NCBI GenBank assembly: GCA_963752595.1
Contig: CAVVYZ010000002.1
Span: 32,001-96,000 of the forward strand
DNA: 64,000 nucleotides
Source of the DNA: an uncultured delta proteobacterium
GTDB lineage: Bacteria > Desulfobacterota > Desulfomonilia > UBA1062
Reading direction: 5' to 3'
In this document: piece by piece, positions 52,121 through 62,714 of the stretch
Layout of the letters: the number at the start of each line of letters is the position of its first letter
How positions within the stretch are numbered: the stretch's first letter is position 1
The notes under the pieces: model-generated
Database searches by the model: none
What the model was told of the DNA's origin: nothing
What the model saw: only the letters and a program-made list of their open reading frames with translations
Translations under genes and position numbers: made by a program

Positions 52121-52891
52121 TTAGTGGGTCTTGGGCAGGAGGATGATTCCATCTGCAACAGATACCAGGGATACATTGGGGAGAATATTCATGGAGCTGA
52201 GCAACGGCATCTTCACGCCGCCAAACATCACAGGGTTGATGTCCATGGCTACCGGCAGGGTAGTATCAGCCGCATCGGGCCAGGGAACCACCGAGAAGGT
52301 GTCGTAGTCCTTCAAGTAGTCAGCGAGAGAGGGTGCGTGAGAACATGCCCATTCGAGCCCTTTGAGCACATGGCGTGCGCCGACCACTACGATGCCCTTG
52401 TCATCCGGGTGTTCCTGGAAATAGTTGTTTATTTGTTTTGCCATCCACTCATCACGGCTTATAGGCGAGGGAATCTCTGCATCGATGGCGATGATCTTCA
52501 TGCTCAGGTCCCGTGCCTGCGTGAGGATCTCCCTGAAATAAGGGGATGTTACGATCTCGGAAACCCGGATACTCTCAACACTTGATCTCCCGGCGCAGAA
52601 TTCATTGATCACCTGCTGCTGCGAGGTAGGTATTTCGATAAAGAGGGTGCAGGAGCCTGCTTCCTTCACCATGGAAGGCAGCGAGGAGGTGATGACATTG
52701 TGGATGAACGCGTTCCGGTGATGGGTCCCTATCAGGAGGAGCTTCTTCTCACGGGCCTTGCTCACAAGGTAAGCCGTGGGATTGTCGGCTATATCGAGGC
52801 CGTAGGCTTTATTCATCGTCATGTCCGTGCTGCCCATGAGTACAAAACAGAATATCAGCCCTATGATGCAGTATCTCAGCTGTTTTATCAT
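52121..52891 (-). CDS. Exported hypothetical protein, ChaN/EreA-like fold
   Basis: N-terminal TM, LLIGTHH, LFIEIP, RDEWMA, VVVGARHV. Confidence 0.6.
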   Translation of the reverse strand: MIKQLRYCIIGLIFCFVLMGSTDMTMNKAYGLDIADNPTAYLVSKAREKKLLLIGTHHRNAFIHNVITSSLPSMVKEAGSCTLFIEIPTSQQQVINEFCAGRSSVESIRVSEIVTSPYFREILTQARDLSMKIIAIDAEIPSPISRDEWMAKQINNYFQEHPDDKGIVVVGARHVLKGLEWACSHAPSLADYLKDYDTFSVVPWPDAADTTLPVAMDINPVMFGGVKMPLLSSMNILPNVSLVSVADGIILLPKTH

Positions 52892-52938
52892 CTAGCAATT
52901 CTTGTCGGAAAGATAATTTCTCTTCTTAACACAAATGC

Positions 52939-53874
52939 TCAAGGATTGCCAAATTCTTTTATAATACCTCGTAGTTCCAAAGAGTTCTCTGCAGTGCAGG
53001 CCTGCTGACGGAATAGAGCGGCGCCATCGAGCCCTTTGACATAAGCGGAAAGGTACTTCCTCATGAAGCGGGTGCCTTTCTGATTCCCAAAGAGGGAGCA
53101 GAGCATGTCCAGGTGTTCAAGCATGATTTCGATGCGCTCATGGGCATCAGGGGTAAGCCCTCCCGAGAGCTCCCGGAAAATCCATGGATTTCCCACGGCG
53201 CCCCGGCCGATCATGAAGGCATCAGCCCCGAGGGAGCGAAGCATCTCCATATCCCGGACGGTTTTGATGTTCCCGCTTGCAACAACCGGCAGGCTTAACT
53301 GCTCCTTCAGGGAAGAGAGGATTTCCCACCTGGGATTTCCCTGATACATCTCGGACCTGGTCCTCGGATGGAGAATAATACAGGCAATTCCGGTCTTTTC
53401 TAGTACGCCGGCGATAATGTGTGCATTAAGAGAGCTGCTGTCCCATCCGGCGCGTATTTTTACGCTTACCGGGATGTTCACGGCCTGCACGACGGATTCG
53501 CTGATACGCTCTGCAAGGGAAATATCTTTCATGAGGGCTGAGCCTGAGCCCTTGTGCACCACCTTTTTTACGGGGCATCCCATGTTGATGTCAATGCCGT
53601 CGAATCCCTGGTCTTCGATCATGCGGGCCGAGAGGGCGGCATCGTCCGGTGACGCGGTGAAGATCTGGGCGATCAGGGGGGTGTCCTCTTCGGGCCGGCT
53701 GAGGAGCGCGAGGGTATTCCTGGTATTTTGGGTCAATCCGGCAGAGCTGATCATCTCGGTGTAGCAGAGCTCTGCGCCGAATCGTCTGCTGATAATCCGC
53801 ATGGGCCAGTTCGTATATCCGGCCATGGGGGCAAGGACCAGGCCTTTAGTGAGGGGGAAGTTGTATAGCTTCAT
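52939..53874 (-). CDS. dusB: tRNA-dihydrouridine synthase DusB
   Basis: LAPMAG, TEMI, DINMGCP, VKIRAGW, HPRT, MIGRG; ATGA overlap with the upstream gene. Confidence 0.9.
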   Translation of the reverse strand: MKLYNFPLTKGLVLAPMAGYTNWPMRIISRRFGAELCYTEMISSAGLTQNTRNTLALLSRPEEDTPLIAQIFTASPDDAALSARMIEDQGFDGIDINMGCPVKKVVHKGSGSALMKDISLAERISESVVQAVNIPVSVKIRAGWDSSSLNAHIIAGVLEKTGIACIILHPRTRSEMYQGNPRWEILSSLKEQLSLPVVASGNIKTVRDMEMLRSLGADAFMIGRGAVGNPWIFRELSGGLTPDAHERIEIMLEHLDMLCSLFGNQKGTRFMRKYLSAYVKGLDGAALFRQQACTAENSLELRGIIKEFGNP

Positions 53875-54791
53875 TGCCTGCTGCACATGTTCCCCTGGCG
53901 GGTGCCGGAGGTTTTCATCTCTTTGTGGACAGCCTCTCTGACTCTTCCCTTATCAAGCGCCCAGGACGGGGCAACGAGCTCATCGGGATGGGGGTCGCCC
54001 GTGATCCGCTGGATTACGATGTCATTTCTGAGATGCCCGATAAACGACGCAACGGCCCTGGCATAGACATCCCTTTCCATGGGGATGTACCCGCCTTTCT
54101 CGAAGATTTCCTCCAGAGCGGTGCCTTTGACAACGTAGAGCAGGTGGATTTTGACATCGCTGACCGGCAAACCCGAGATGAGCTTTGCCGTTTCGATAAA
54201 GTGTTCCATGCCTTCACCGGGCAGACCGAGAATAACGTGGGTGCAGATCCTGATATTGAGCCTGGAAGTGAGCTCTACCGCATCAATGAAGCTCTGTACG
54301 TCATGGCCCCGGTTTATGCGGCGCAAGGTATCGTCATGGGCTGACTGGAGGCCGTATTCCAGCCAGACAATGCGGTGGTCTGCATACGAGCTGATCAGAG
54401 AGAGCTTTTCGGCATCGATGCAGTCCGGCCTGGTGCCGACAGCCATACCTACGATTCCGGGGTAGGGAAGGATGGTATCATAGATTCCCTTCAAAGTCGG
54501 GATATCCGCATACGTATTCGAATACGACTGGAAGTAAGCGATGAATGCAGTTGCCCTGTAGCGTCTTGACATCGATGCCATCTGACCCTCGATCTGCTCC
54601 TTGAGGCGTATTCCTTCGGCAATGGCACCTGTGCCGGAGCCTTTTGCGTTGCAGTATATGCAGCCGCCGGATTTATCTCCATCCCGGTGGGGACAGCTCA
54701 AGCCTGCATCAAGGGTTATCTTCCGAACTCGCTTCCCGAACTGCTCCCTCAAAAACGAACTGAGGGTGCGATAAGGCGGCTGTTTGGTCAT
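53871..54791 (-). CDS. TIGR01212/YhcC-family radical SAM protein
   Basis: DAGLSCPHRDG...GGCIYC, YFQSYSNTY, GTRPDC, HVILGLPGE. Confidence 0.9.
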   Translation of the reverse strand: MTKQPPYRTLSSFLREQFGKRVRKITLDAGLSCPHRDGDKSGGCIYCNAKGSGTGAIAEGIRLKEQIEGQMASMSRRYRATAFIAYFQSYSNTYADIPTLKGIYDTILPYPGIVGMAVGTRPDCIDAEKLSLISSYADHRIVWLEYGLQSAHDDTLRRINRGHDVQSFIDAVELTSRLNIRICTHVILGLPGEGMEHFIETAKLISGLPVSDVKIHLLYVVKGTALEEIFEKGGYIPMERDVYARAVASFIGHLRNDIVIQRITGDPHPDELVAPSWALDKGRVREAVHKEMKTSGTRQGNMCSRQ

Positions 54792-55897
54792 AGAAACGGG
54801 AAATGAAAGCCGTGCAGGCCGAGGCCCTCCTTGAGGTCTTTCATGATTTTCTGCAGGGCCGCATTGATGGGAACGCCATTTGCCTTCCGGTGCTTGACCA
54901 TGTCGAATTCCTTTTCCCCTGCAAGGTAGATCTTGTCCTTGCCCGGAACCTTTGCTGAAGACCTGATCTCGCGCATGATAGAACCGGTTATTTTTTTCGA
55001 TACCTCGATGGGTACCAGGCTTTCAATATTGATGGCGATAAAGAGATGCCCCAGTCTATGGTATGCAGGCTTCCCGTTCTCAAAGCCGCTCAAGGCCTTG
55101 CCGAAGCTCCCTCCGGTCAGCGATGCGCAGAGGATTTCCACCATAACGCCGAGTCCGTAGCCCTTGTGCCCGCCGAGTCCCTCGCCGGCACCTCCCAGGG
55201 GGAGCAGTGAAGCTGTGCCCTCAACAAGGGTCCTGAGGAGTTCGATGCTGTCCGTGGGCTCGTTGCCCTGACTGTCTATGGTGAGCCCTTTTGCCGTAGG
55301 TTTCCCGTCCCTCGCATTCACCTCGATCTTCCCCCTCTGGATGGTTGATGTGGCGATGTCCAGGAGGAAAGGGTACTCTTCGTCCGAGGGTGCCCCGAAA
55401 CTGATGGGGTTCGTGCCGATGGCCGGCTCTACCCCGAAGGTGGGCGCAACGGAAGGTCTTGCATTGGAGAATGCAAGGCCCATCATATTCTGCTTTACCG
55501 CCATGAACGGATAAAAACCGGTGATACCGAAGTGCGTACTGTCGTATACACCCACCAGTCCGATATTGTTCTCCTTTGCCATGAAAATGGCCTTTTCCAT
55601 TGCCCGGTAGGCTATGACATGGCCCATGCCGTGGTTGCCGTTGATCAGGGCGGTATTCTTCGTTTCCTTTACGATGGTTTCTTTTGTCACAGGATTGAGT
55701 ATCCCGTCATGGATACGGTCCACATACATCTTGAATCTCCCGATTCCATGTGATTCCACACCCCTCAAATCAGATTCGATCAGTACGGTGGAACAGATTT
55801 GAGCATCCTGCTCCGGAACGCCTAACGCTATAAACCCTTCCTTCATGAACCGCTGAAGCTCACGGTAGTCCACATATACGATGTTCGATGTCTCCAT
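54788..55897 (-). CDS. Ldh_2-family (malate/L-lactate) dehydrogenase
   Basis: SHGIGR, THFG, GTNPISFG, GHKGYGL. Confidence 0.9.
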   Translation of the reverse strand: METSNIVYVDYRELQRFMKEGFIALGVPEQDAQICSTVLIESDLRGVESHGIGRFKMYVDRIHDGILNPVTKETIVKETKNTALINGNHGMGHVIAYRAMEKAIFMAKENNIGLVGVYDSTHFGITGFYPFMAVKQNMMGLAFSNARPSVAPTFGVEPAIGTNPISFGAPSDEEYPFLLDIATSTIQRGKIEVNARDGKPTAKGLTIDSQGNEPTDSIELLRTLVEGTASLLPLGGAGEGLGGHKGYGLGVMVEILCASLTGGSFGKALSGFENGKPAYHRLGHLFIAINIESLVPIEVSKKITGSIMREIRSSAKVPGKDKIYLAGEKEFDMVKHRKANGVPINAALQKIMKDLKEGLGLHGFHFPFL

Positions 55898-56041
55898 TGG
55901 GGTGTCTCCTTATAAGGTTATTGAATAGTACGTTTTCATTGCTGGTACCTCATATCAGATCGATATGCATTCGTGAAGAGGAAAGAAATCCGCCGAATCA
56001 GGCGCATCACGGAGCCTTACATGCCGCGCTTTGGCTCCCTG

Positions 56042-56968
56042 TCATGTATTGATGGGATAGGCCTTCGCATACTCGATGAATACCCGGTGGTGGGGGAGGG
56101 GATTGAACTGCCGCCTGGTGATCATGAAAAAGCTCCGTAGGATGCGGGGGCCTTCCAGGGGGATTCGGGTCAGTAAACCTTGTTTGATTTCCCGTTTCAC
56201 GGCATGGGCCGACAGGATCGAGATGCCGAGCCCTGAGATTACCGCTTCCTTCACCGCTTCCGAAGATCCGAGCTCGCAGGCGATCGTAAAGCGGGACAGA
56301 GGCTCAAGGCCCTGCGATTTGAGATAATCCTCCAGGATGGCCCGTGTACCCGAGCCTTTTTCCCTGATGATAAATGGCTCATGGGTGATATCTTCAATGG
56401 TCGCGTTGTTCAAAGCTGCGATGCGGCTTTCTTTCCCGGCCACGAGGATCAGCTCGTCTTGCCAGATGGGCTCGCAGACTATCCTGCTGTCATGGGTATG
56501 TTTGCCGATGAAACCGATCTCCACCCGGGAGCTTAAGACCATTTCAAGGATATCTTCACTGTCGCCGGAGAGGATATGGACCTGGATGTCCGGATGGTCC
56601 TTTCTCAGGCCGGTGAGCAAGGCGGGAAGTATGTACGTCGAAGGGATGGTGCTGGTGCCGATGTAGACATGCCCGGAGAGGGTATCCTTCAGAAAAATGA
56701 TCTTTTCTCTCGCTTCATCCCTGAGCCTGAGGATCTTCTTGGCATACCCGAAGAGGATCATGCCTTCATTGGTCAGCGAGATTCCGGTTTTGGTCCGGTT
56801 GATAAGCGGACAGTTGACGAATATCTCAAGGTTCCTGATATGCTTGCTCAAGGACGGCTGTGAAAGCATCATCTTCCGTGCCGCATCCGAGAAGCTCCTC
56901 TCCTCCACCAGCATTACCAGTGCTTCGAGCTGCTGAAGGGTAATATGCCTGAACTGATCTGCAATCAT
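56042..56968 (-). CDS. LysR regulator (CysL/selenium-metabolism-associated type), divergent from selD
   Basis: SFSDAA...SQPSLSKHI HTH, GTSTIPS, REKGSGTR, GSSEAVKEAV. Confidence 0.9.
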   Translation of the reverse strand: MIADQFRHITLQQLEALVMLVEERSFSDAARKMMLSQPSLSKHIRNLEIFVNCPLINRTKTGISLTNEGMILFGYAKKILRLRDEAREKIIFLKDTLSGHVYIGTSTIPSTYILPALLTGLRKDHPDIQVHILSGDSEDILEMVLSSRVEIGFIGKHTHDSRIVCEPIWQDELILVAGKESRIAALNNATIEDITHEPFIIREKGSGTRAILEDYLKSQGLEPLSRFTIACELGSSEAVKEAVISGLGISILSAHAVKREIKQGLLTRIPLEGPRILRSFFMITRRQFNPLPHHRVFIEYAKAYPINT

Positions 56969-57131
56969 AATTCCGACACCATATCCTTTTTCCCAAGCTC
57001 ATATCAATATGCATTATTACCATATTGAATTTGACAGATTCAAAAGAGATACATAGAATATTTGTAGTCTCTCTGGTATGAATACCCGGCAGGCAATCCT
57101 GCAGGGATATAGACACAGGAAAAGGAAAGAT

Positions 57132-58175
57132 ATGGACAAGAAAGTAAGGCTGACAACCCTGGTGCACGGCGCCGGTTGAGCGTGCAAGCTTGGTCCGGAG
57201 TTTCTGGACAAGGCTATATGCGCGCTTCCGGTCATGACGGATCCCGACCTCCTTGTGGGCATGGGAAAGCCGGATGATGCAGGGGTTTACCGCATCAGTG
57301 AAGATCTGGCGCTGATTCTCACGCTGGACTTCTTCACCCCTGTGGTGGACGACCCGTATCTTTTCGGCCAGATCGCGGTGACTAATGCCTTGAGCGATGT
57401 CTATGCCATGGGGGGAAGGCCTTTCCTTGCCATGAACATAATATGCTTTCCACAGGATGGAGATGTGACCATACTTCAGGAGATCCTGCGGGGCGGCTTC
57501 GACAAGATGTCAGAGGCAGGGGTGCTGCTCGTAGGAGGGCACAGTGTGGACGACCCCGAGATCAAGTACGGCCTCTCGGTTACCGGGAAGGTTCACCCGG
57601 ACAGGGTCCTCAAGAATGCAGGTGCCCTTCCCGGGGATAAGCTCATCCTGACCAAGCCTATCGGAACCGGCATCATTTCAACGGCGATAAAGGCCGGCAT
57701 GGCGAGTAGCGAGGCTGAGGAAAGCATCATCCGGTCCATGAACACCCTCAGCAGGGTGCCTGCCGAGCTTATGGAAAATTTTCCGGTGCATGCGTGCACG
57801 GATATTACCGGGTTCGGCCTCCTAGGCCATGCGTGCGAGATGATCGAGGAAACATCAACTGGGATGACTATTCATGCACCGGCAGTCCCGGTTTTCGAGG
57901 AAGCTCAGGCCTATATTAAAATGGGCCTTATCCCTGGGGGTGCATACCGCAATGAAAAGTTCAGGCAGCCGGTCGTGAGTATAGGGGAGGGAGTCAGCGA
58001 CGATATCATGAAGCTCATGTTCGACCCCCAGACATCGGGAGGCCTGCTCATCGCGCTGCCGGAGAATGAAGCCGCAGAACTCCTGGATCAGCTCCACTCC
58101 CTGGGTGTCAGTGATGCTGCCGTTATCGGAGAAATTACGAAGGATCACCCCGGGCGGATTCGCGTGACCGGTTAG
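57132..58175 (+). CDS. selD: Selenophosphate synthetase, selenocysteine-containing (U16)
   Basis: ATG at 57132: MDKKVRLTTLVHGAG-TGA(57177)-ACKLGP, in frame with DDAGVY, DFFTP, SDVYAMGG and DPQTSGGLL. Confidence 0.95.
57187..57215 (+). promoter_or_regulatory. Bacterial SECIS element in selD
   Basis: CTTG-GTCCGG-AGTTT-CTGGAC-AAG hairpin just 3' of the UGA. Confidence 0.75.
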
Positions 58176-58397
58176 TTCTCTTTCAGATATCCGCTTTCCC
58201 GGTTTTTCAGGTCCTCCCATAGGGAGAGAAGAGGAGTACTGATCCCGTGATCATAAAGCACCATGGGAACGTCCTTACCCGAAAACAATTGCACAAAAAA
58301 TTTCCAATACTTCTCGTAAGAACGGCACCTCTTTTGAGATATTTCTTCAAATCCCCTTGTAATGGCCAGTATTTTTGCCTATTTTACTTGTTATTAT

Positions 58398-59204
58398 ATG
58401 GAAAAAATCATTATTGACGGTCCTCATCAAATCATTACCATAGGTGATTCTCTTACTGCAGGCGCGCAGCCGGGAATCTTCGAATCTGCTCCTTATATCG
58501 GCTCTCAGACCAGAGGCCTGCTTCCCACCTCATACCCGTATGTACTCTCTGAGATGCTTTCGGCTTCTCTGGGGCCAAAGCTTATCAGAAATCTCGGGAG
58601 GAGCGGGGCCACTTCCAGAGATTGGCTTCCCGGAAGCACGTGGAAGAAGAGTGACGATCCGAAGTTCCCGCTCAACGGGAGGCCCCTTGATGAAATCGTG
58701 GAGTCACGGGATGCCGTCAAGGTCTGCCTTATCATTCTCGGTTCCAACGACGTCAGCAGTTCCATACTCCCGGATTTCATGTCCAGAGCACTCAAAGGTA
58801 TCGTGGGATACGAAGATGATGACTTCCTGAAAACCCGGGAAAATCTCCTGGTCACCCTCATGAACTTGAAAGAAAAGGGGGTAACCGCGTATCTGGCCAA
58901 AATACCGCCCAACCACTATCGCGGCGGACTTTATTTCCTGGGGATAGACAGGGTCTACTTTTCTTTGAGATCAACACAGGAGAAGCTCGATCGTTACACC
59001 CGGATCGTTAATGAGAGGATCGAGGAGATATGGACTTCCTATTCACACCTGGCACGGAGGGGGCCTGACTTTTACAGTTTCTTCGATCACAGGGATGACG
59101 TGTGGAACAAGGACCGGCTGCATCTGAATACGCTCGGCTATCGGCTTATGGCCTGGGCGTGGGCTGAATTGCTCAAGGCGGAAGGGATAGACATCAGGGC
59201 TTAA
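58398..59204 (+). CDS. SGNH/GDSL hydrolase
   Basis: IGDSLTAG, NLGRSG, LGSND, DRLHLNTLGY. Confidence 0.88.
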   Translation: MEKIIIDGPHQIITIGDSLTAGAQPGIFESAPYIGSQTRGLLPTSYPYVLSEMLSASLGPKLIRNLGRSGATSRDWLPGSTWKKSDDPKFPLNGRPLDEIVESRDAVKVCLIILGSNDVSSSILPDFMSRALKGIVGYEDDDFLKTRENLLVTLMNLKEKGVTAYLAKIPPNHYRGGLYFLGIDRVYFSLRSTQEKLDRYTRIVNERIEEIWTSYSHLARRGPDFYSFFDHRDDVWNKDRLHLNTLGYRLMAWAWAELLKAEGIDIRA

Positions 59205-59273
59205 GGGTGGCGCTTATTACCCGATATACCCGTTGTCACTTTCTCATAAATAAAGGATCGGTCGGAGTGGATT

Positions 59274-60551
59274 ATGTGTGATACCTTTGCGATAGGAAGA
59301 GCATGGGCTTCTGAAGGGAATCCGATCTTTGCAAAGAATTCCGACAGGGAGCCCGACGAAGCTCACGTAATCATCTCGGAGCCGCGGAAAGAGTATACAC
59401 ATCAGGAAACACTTACCTGTACGTACATCGCTATTCCCCAGGCAAGGAGAACCAATGCCGTTCTGCTCTGCAAACCTTTTTGGATCTGGGGCGCAGAAAT
59501 GGGCGTGAACGAGAAGGGTGTGGTGATCGGGAACGAGGCCTTGTTCACGAAGGTAAAGCCCGAAAAAACACGCGGCCTGATCGGCATGGACCTGTTACGC
59601 CTTGCACTTGAGCGGGCTGACACGGCAGAGGAGGCCGTCGACGTTATCATAGATCTCCTGCGTGGCTATGGGCAGGGCGGTGCATGCGGGTTCCGGGATA
59701 AGAAATTTTCCTACATGAATTCATATCTGCTCATGGACCGGGATGACATCATCATCCTGGAAACAGTGGGGAGAGATTATGCGGTCAGGCGTAATAAAGA
59801 TGGAGCAGCCATTTCCAATAGAATTACCATAGATGATGGCTGGGATCGGTCAAGTCTTGAAAGAGGTTTTGATTTCAGGATGTTCAACGACGTTCTCATT
59901 ACCTTTTTCTCGGGCAGCAGCCAGAGGAGAAGGCATGTGGCACAGAGCATTAGAAGCCGCCCCCAGGGATTGGGTGTTTCGGATGTGTTCGAGATCCTGC
60001 GCAGCCATAAAGGGCTATATCCGTTCCAGGGACTGAACCTGAATCATGATGTGTGCATGCATGCCGCAGATCCCTTCATCAGACGGTCTCAGACTACGGG
60101 CGCCCTAGTGGTGGAACTGGATTCTTCATCAGGGTTCCGAATCTTCGTCACTGCCGGATCGTCGCCTTGCCTCACCCCGTTCAAGCCGGTCCTGCCCTCG
60201 GGGTTGCCGGACAGGGTTGATCAAGGCGGACCCGAATATGGAAGCAACTCATTCTGGTGGAGGCATGAGGCCTTTCACATCCATGCGGTAATGCGCCTTT
60301 CGAAGGTTCGGAATGCCTTACTGGAGGAGATTCGGGATCTGGAAGGCCATTATTGCAAGGATATCCCGATGTATCGGTGGGGGAGCCGTGATGATGAACT
60401 ATTGCGCACATGCCATGAGGCGTTTCTCCGTGCATCGATGCTGGATACGAAATGGCTCCAGAAAATGAAAAGGATCGATAAAGACCCGCACCCGATGCAT
60501 AATACATTCTGGTCAATGATCGCAAAGCGCGGCGGCATACCGCTCTCCTGA
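59274..60551 (+). CDS. Peptidase C69 / secernin-like Ntn hydrolase
   Basis: MCDT N-terminal Cys, AKNSDR, WGAEMGVNE, GMDLLRLALER, VCMHA. Confidence 0.9.
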   Translation: MCDTFAIGRAWASEGNPIFAKNSDREPDEAHVIISEPRKEYTHQETLTCTYIAIPQARRTNAVLLCKPFWIWGAEMGVNEKGVVIGNEALFTKVKPEKTRGLIGMDLLRLALERADTAEEAVDVIIDLLRGYGQGGACGFRDKKFSYMNSYLLMDRDDIIILETVGRDYAVRRNKDGAAISNRITIDDGWDRSSLERGFDFRMFNDVLITFFSGSSQRRRHVAQSIRSRPQGLGVSDVFEILRSHKGLYPFQGLNLNHDVCMHAADPFIRRSQTTGALVVELDSSSGFRIFVTAGSSPCLTPFKPVLPSGLPDRVDQGGPEYGSNSFWWRHEAFHIHAVMRLSKVRNALLEEIRDLEGHYCKDIPMYRWGSRDDELLRTCHEAFLRASMLDTKWLQKMKRIDKDPHPMHNTFWSMIAKRGGIPLS

Positions 60552-60823
60552 TCCATCATCCGGGGTTACGAGAGGCATAAACCCGGTTCTCGCACTCAAA
60601 GGGTACGCTTACTTTATGTGTATTCCAGGCATGTAATAAGCCGTGAAAATCCTGCATTCTTAAGGATATTTCAGTATCATAACAAAAGAATAGCCTAAGG
60701 ACTTGTCCTTTATACCGTTTTTCGGGATGTATATGGGATGAGACGGAACGATGACTGTCGGTATTTTTGCTGAGAGCGCTCAATATATTGGCGCTGCCTA
60801 TACAATATGAAGGGATTTGGCAA

Positions 60824-61387
60824 ATGGATGTTTTAAAGACAGTTTCAGACCCGATTCGAAGTCTTCCTCAGTACCCGGCTATTCAGACCAAGGTCAAGTA
60901 CCTCCTCTGCTCAACTGTTCTCTCGGTTCTGGGCCCGGCATTTGAGGTCGTTGGAAAGAGAGTGCCCGAATTCAAAACGGAAATCGAGTGCTGGGAGGAT
61001 GGGAGACGGTTTGCCATAGGCGTTCTTCCCGAAGGCCCCAGCATGACCCTGGAGAAGAGGTGGAACTTGGTTTATTACCTGGGCAAGGGGCTTCAGTCTC
61101 CCGATATATCCATGCTTTTCAAGAATCTCGATTCCGCGTTGCTCATGTTCCTGAGCATCATCGGCGCGCACCAGGCCTTTGCGGAAAACAGAGTGCTCGT
61201 GTATGGAGATCTCGGTCAGACTATGGAAGTCAACCGGGTGGTAAGTATTGTCAATTCTTATCTCTTGCCCGGGATAGTCCTGAAGCATGTCATGAAGAGA
61301 GTGCCCAAAATGAGCCTGGATCAGTATCTTCTGAAAATCAGGATCTCGCTTGCCCTTGTTCCGGCAATAATCAAACACCTTGTTTAA
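60824..61387 (+). CDS. Hypothetical protein, possibly SCP2-like
   Basis: Intact 187-aa ORF preceding the ADH gene; FKNLDSA and AENRVLVYGD resemble an SCP2 C-terminus. Confidence 0.6.
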   Translation: MDVLKTVSDPIRSLPQYPAIQTKVKYLLCSTVLSVLGPAFEVVGKRVPEFKTEIECWEDGRRFAIGVLPEGPSMTLEKRWNLVYYLGKGLQSPDISMLFKNLDSALLMFLSIIGAHQAFAENRVLVYGDLGQTMEVNRVVSIVNSYLLPGIVLKHVMKRVPKMSLDQYLLKIRISLALVPAIIKHLV

Positions 61388-61417
61388 ACACCCGAACCGC
61401 ATGATGAGGAGAAAATT

Positions 61418-62593
61418 ATGATACCGAATTATTACCAGCACTTCTGCCCGGTAAAAATACTCTCAGGACACGATGCAGCAGGCAGCATACCCTATGAGAT
61501 GGGGCTGCTCGGCTGCCGGAGAGCCATGATCGTAACCGACAAAGGCGTTGTAGGTGCCGGATTGATAAATATAGTCAGAGAGGCCTTTTCTGATTCCGAT
61601 AAAGAGATCGGGTATATTTTCGATGAAACTCCTCCGGACTCCAGCAACCGGCTTGTCAACAAGCTCGCGAAGCTTTTTTCTGAAGAGAAATGCGATTGTT
61701 TCGTGGCAGTCGGAGGAGGGAGTGCACTGGATACGGCAAAAGGCGCAAACATCGTTGTGTCCGAAGGGACTGACGACATCCTCAAGCTCCAGGGCAATGA
61801 GATCATAACTAAGAATCTGCTCCCCATGATCGCCGTACCCACCACCTCCGGCACTGGGTCGGAAGTCACCAAGGTCGCCGTGATCTACAACGAAGAAAAG
61901 AATATCAAGATGGCCTTTGTGTCGGACCGACTTTACCCGAAGGTGGCGGTCCTGGACTCGAGAATGACCCTGACCGTGCCGCCGAAGCTTACCGCTGCAA
62001 CCGGCATGGATGCGCTTACCCATGCGATAGAGGCCTATACATGCCTGCAGAAGAATACTATCGATGATATTTTCGCCAGGGCAGCTATCGAGCTCATTCG
62101 CAAGTATCTCGTCAGGGCAACGGAAAACGGCTCGGATGTTGAGGCACGTCTGGGTATGGCCAATGCCTCGCTGTTTGCCGGAATTGCTTTTTCCAATTCA
62201 ATGGTGGGAATGGTACATTCTCTTGCCCATGCATGCGGCGGTGTATGCCATGTGCCGCATGGTATAGCCAATGCCATCCTGCTCCCCTACGGGATGGAAT
62301 ACAATATTCCGAAGGTCGGCAAGTACATTGCCGAGATTTCCGGAATGCTGGGAGCTTCCGTAGAATATCTGGAATCCAATGAGCAGGCAATGGTGACCAT
62401 ATCCCTGGTAAGAAACCTCATCGGAAGGCTCAATCAGATAAGCGGTCTTCCGACCAGGCTGAAAGATGCAGGAGTGACGGAAGACAAGCTTCCTGCAATA
62501 GCCCACGCTGCAATCAACGACGGCTCACTCATCCTTAATCCGACCGAACTGAGCCTGGAGGACGCCTTGAATGTACTGAAAAAGACTTTCTAA
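61418..62593 (+). CDS. Iron-containing alcohol dehydrogenase
   Basis: GGGSALD, PTTSGTGSE, MDALTHAIE, HSLAH, HGIAN. Confidence 0.95.
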   Translation: MIPNYYQHFCPVKILSGHDAAGSIPYEMGLLGCRRAMIVTDKGVVGAGLINIVREAFSDSDKEIGYIFDETPPDSSNRLVNKLAKLFSEEKCDCFVAVGGGSALDTAKGANIVVSEGTDDILKLQGNEIITKNLLPMIAVPTTSGTGSEVTKVAVIYNEEKNIKMAFVSDRLYPKVAVLDSRMTLTVPPKLTAATGMDALTHAIEAYTCLQKNTIDDIFARAAIELIRKYLVRATENGSDVEARLGMANASLFAGIAFSNSMVGMVHSLAHACGGVCHVPHGIANAILLPYGMEYNIPKVGKYIAEISGMLGASVEYLESNEQAMVTISLVRNLIGRLNQISGLPTRLKDAGVTEDKLPAIAHAAINDGSLILNPTELSLEDALNVLKKTF

Positions 62594-62611
62594 AGGTTTC
62601 GCTTGACATGC

Positions 62612-62651
62612 CGGAGAGTAAGCCTTTAAGGTTACTCTCCGTTTGCGTTTT
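62612..62651 (+). terminator. Terminator after the ADH gene
   Basis: CGGAGAGTAA...TTACTCTCCG stem followed by a T-rich tract. Confidence 0.7.
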
Positions 62652-62714
62652 CCATGACATGGAGTTTCTTCCGGAGCCTGCTTGGAAATTTTTATATAAG
62701 TGAGGTTGAATCGC

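Noticed and set aside
58172-58375. Minus-strand open frame of about 65 codons between selD and the SGNH gene
   Set aside because: No convincing start or RBS and no recognisable motif.
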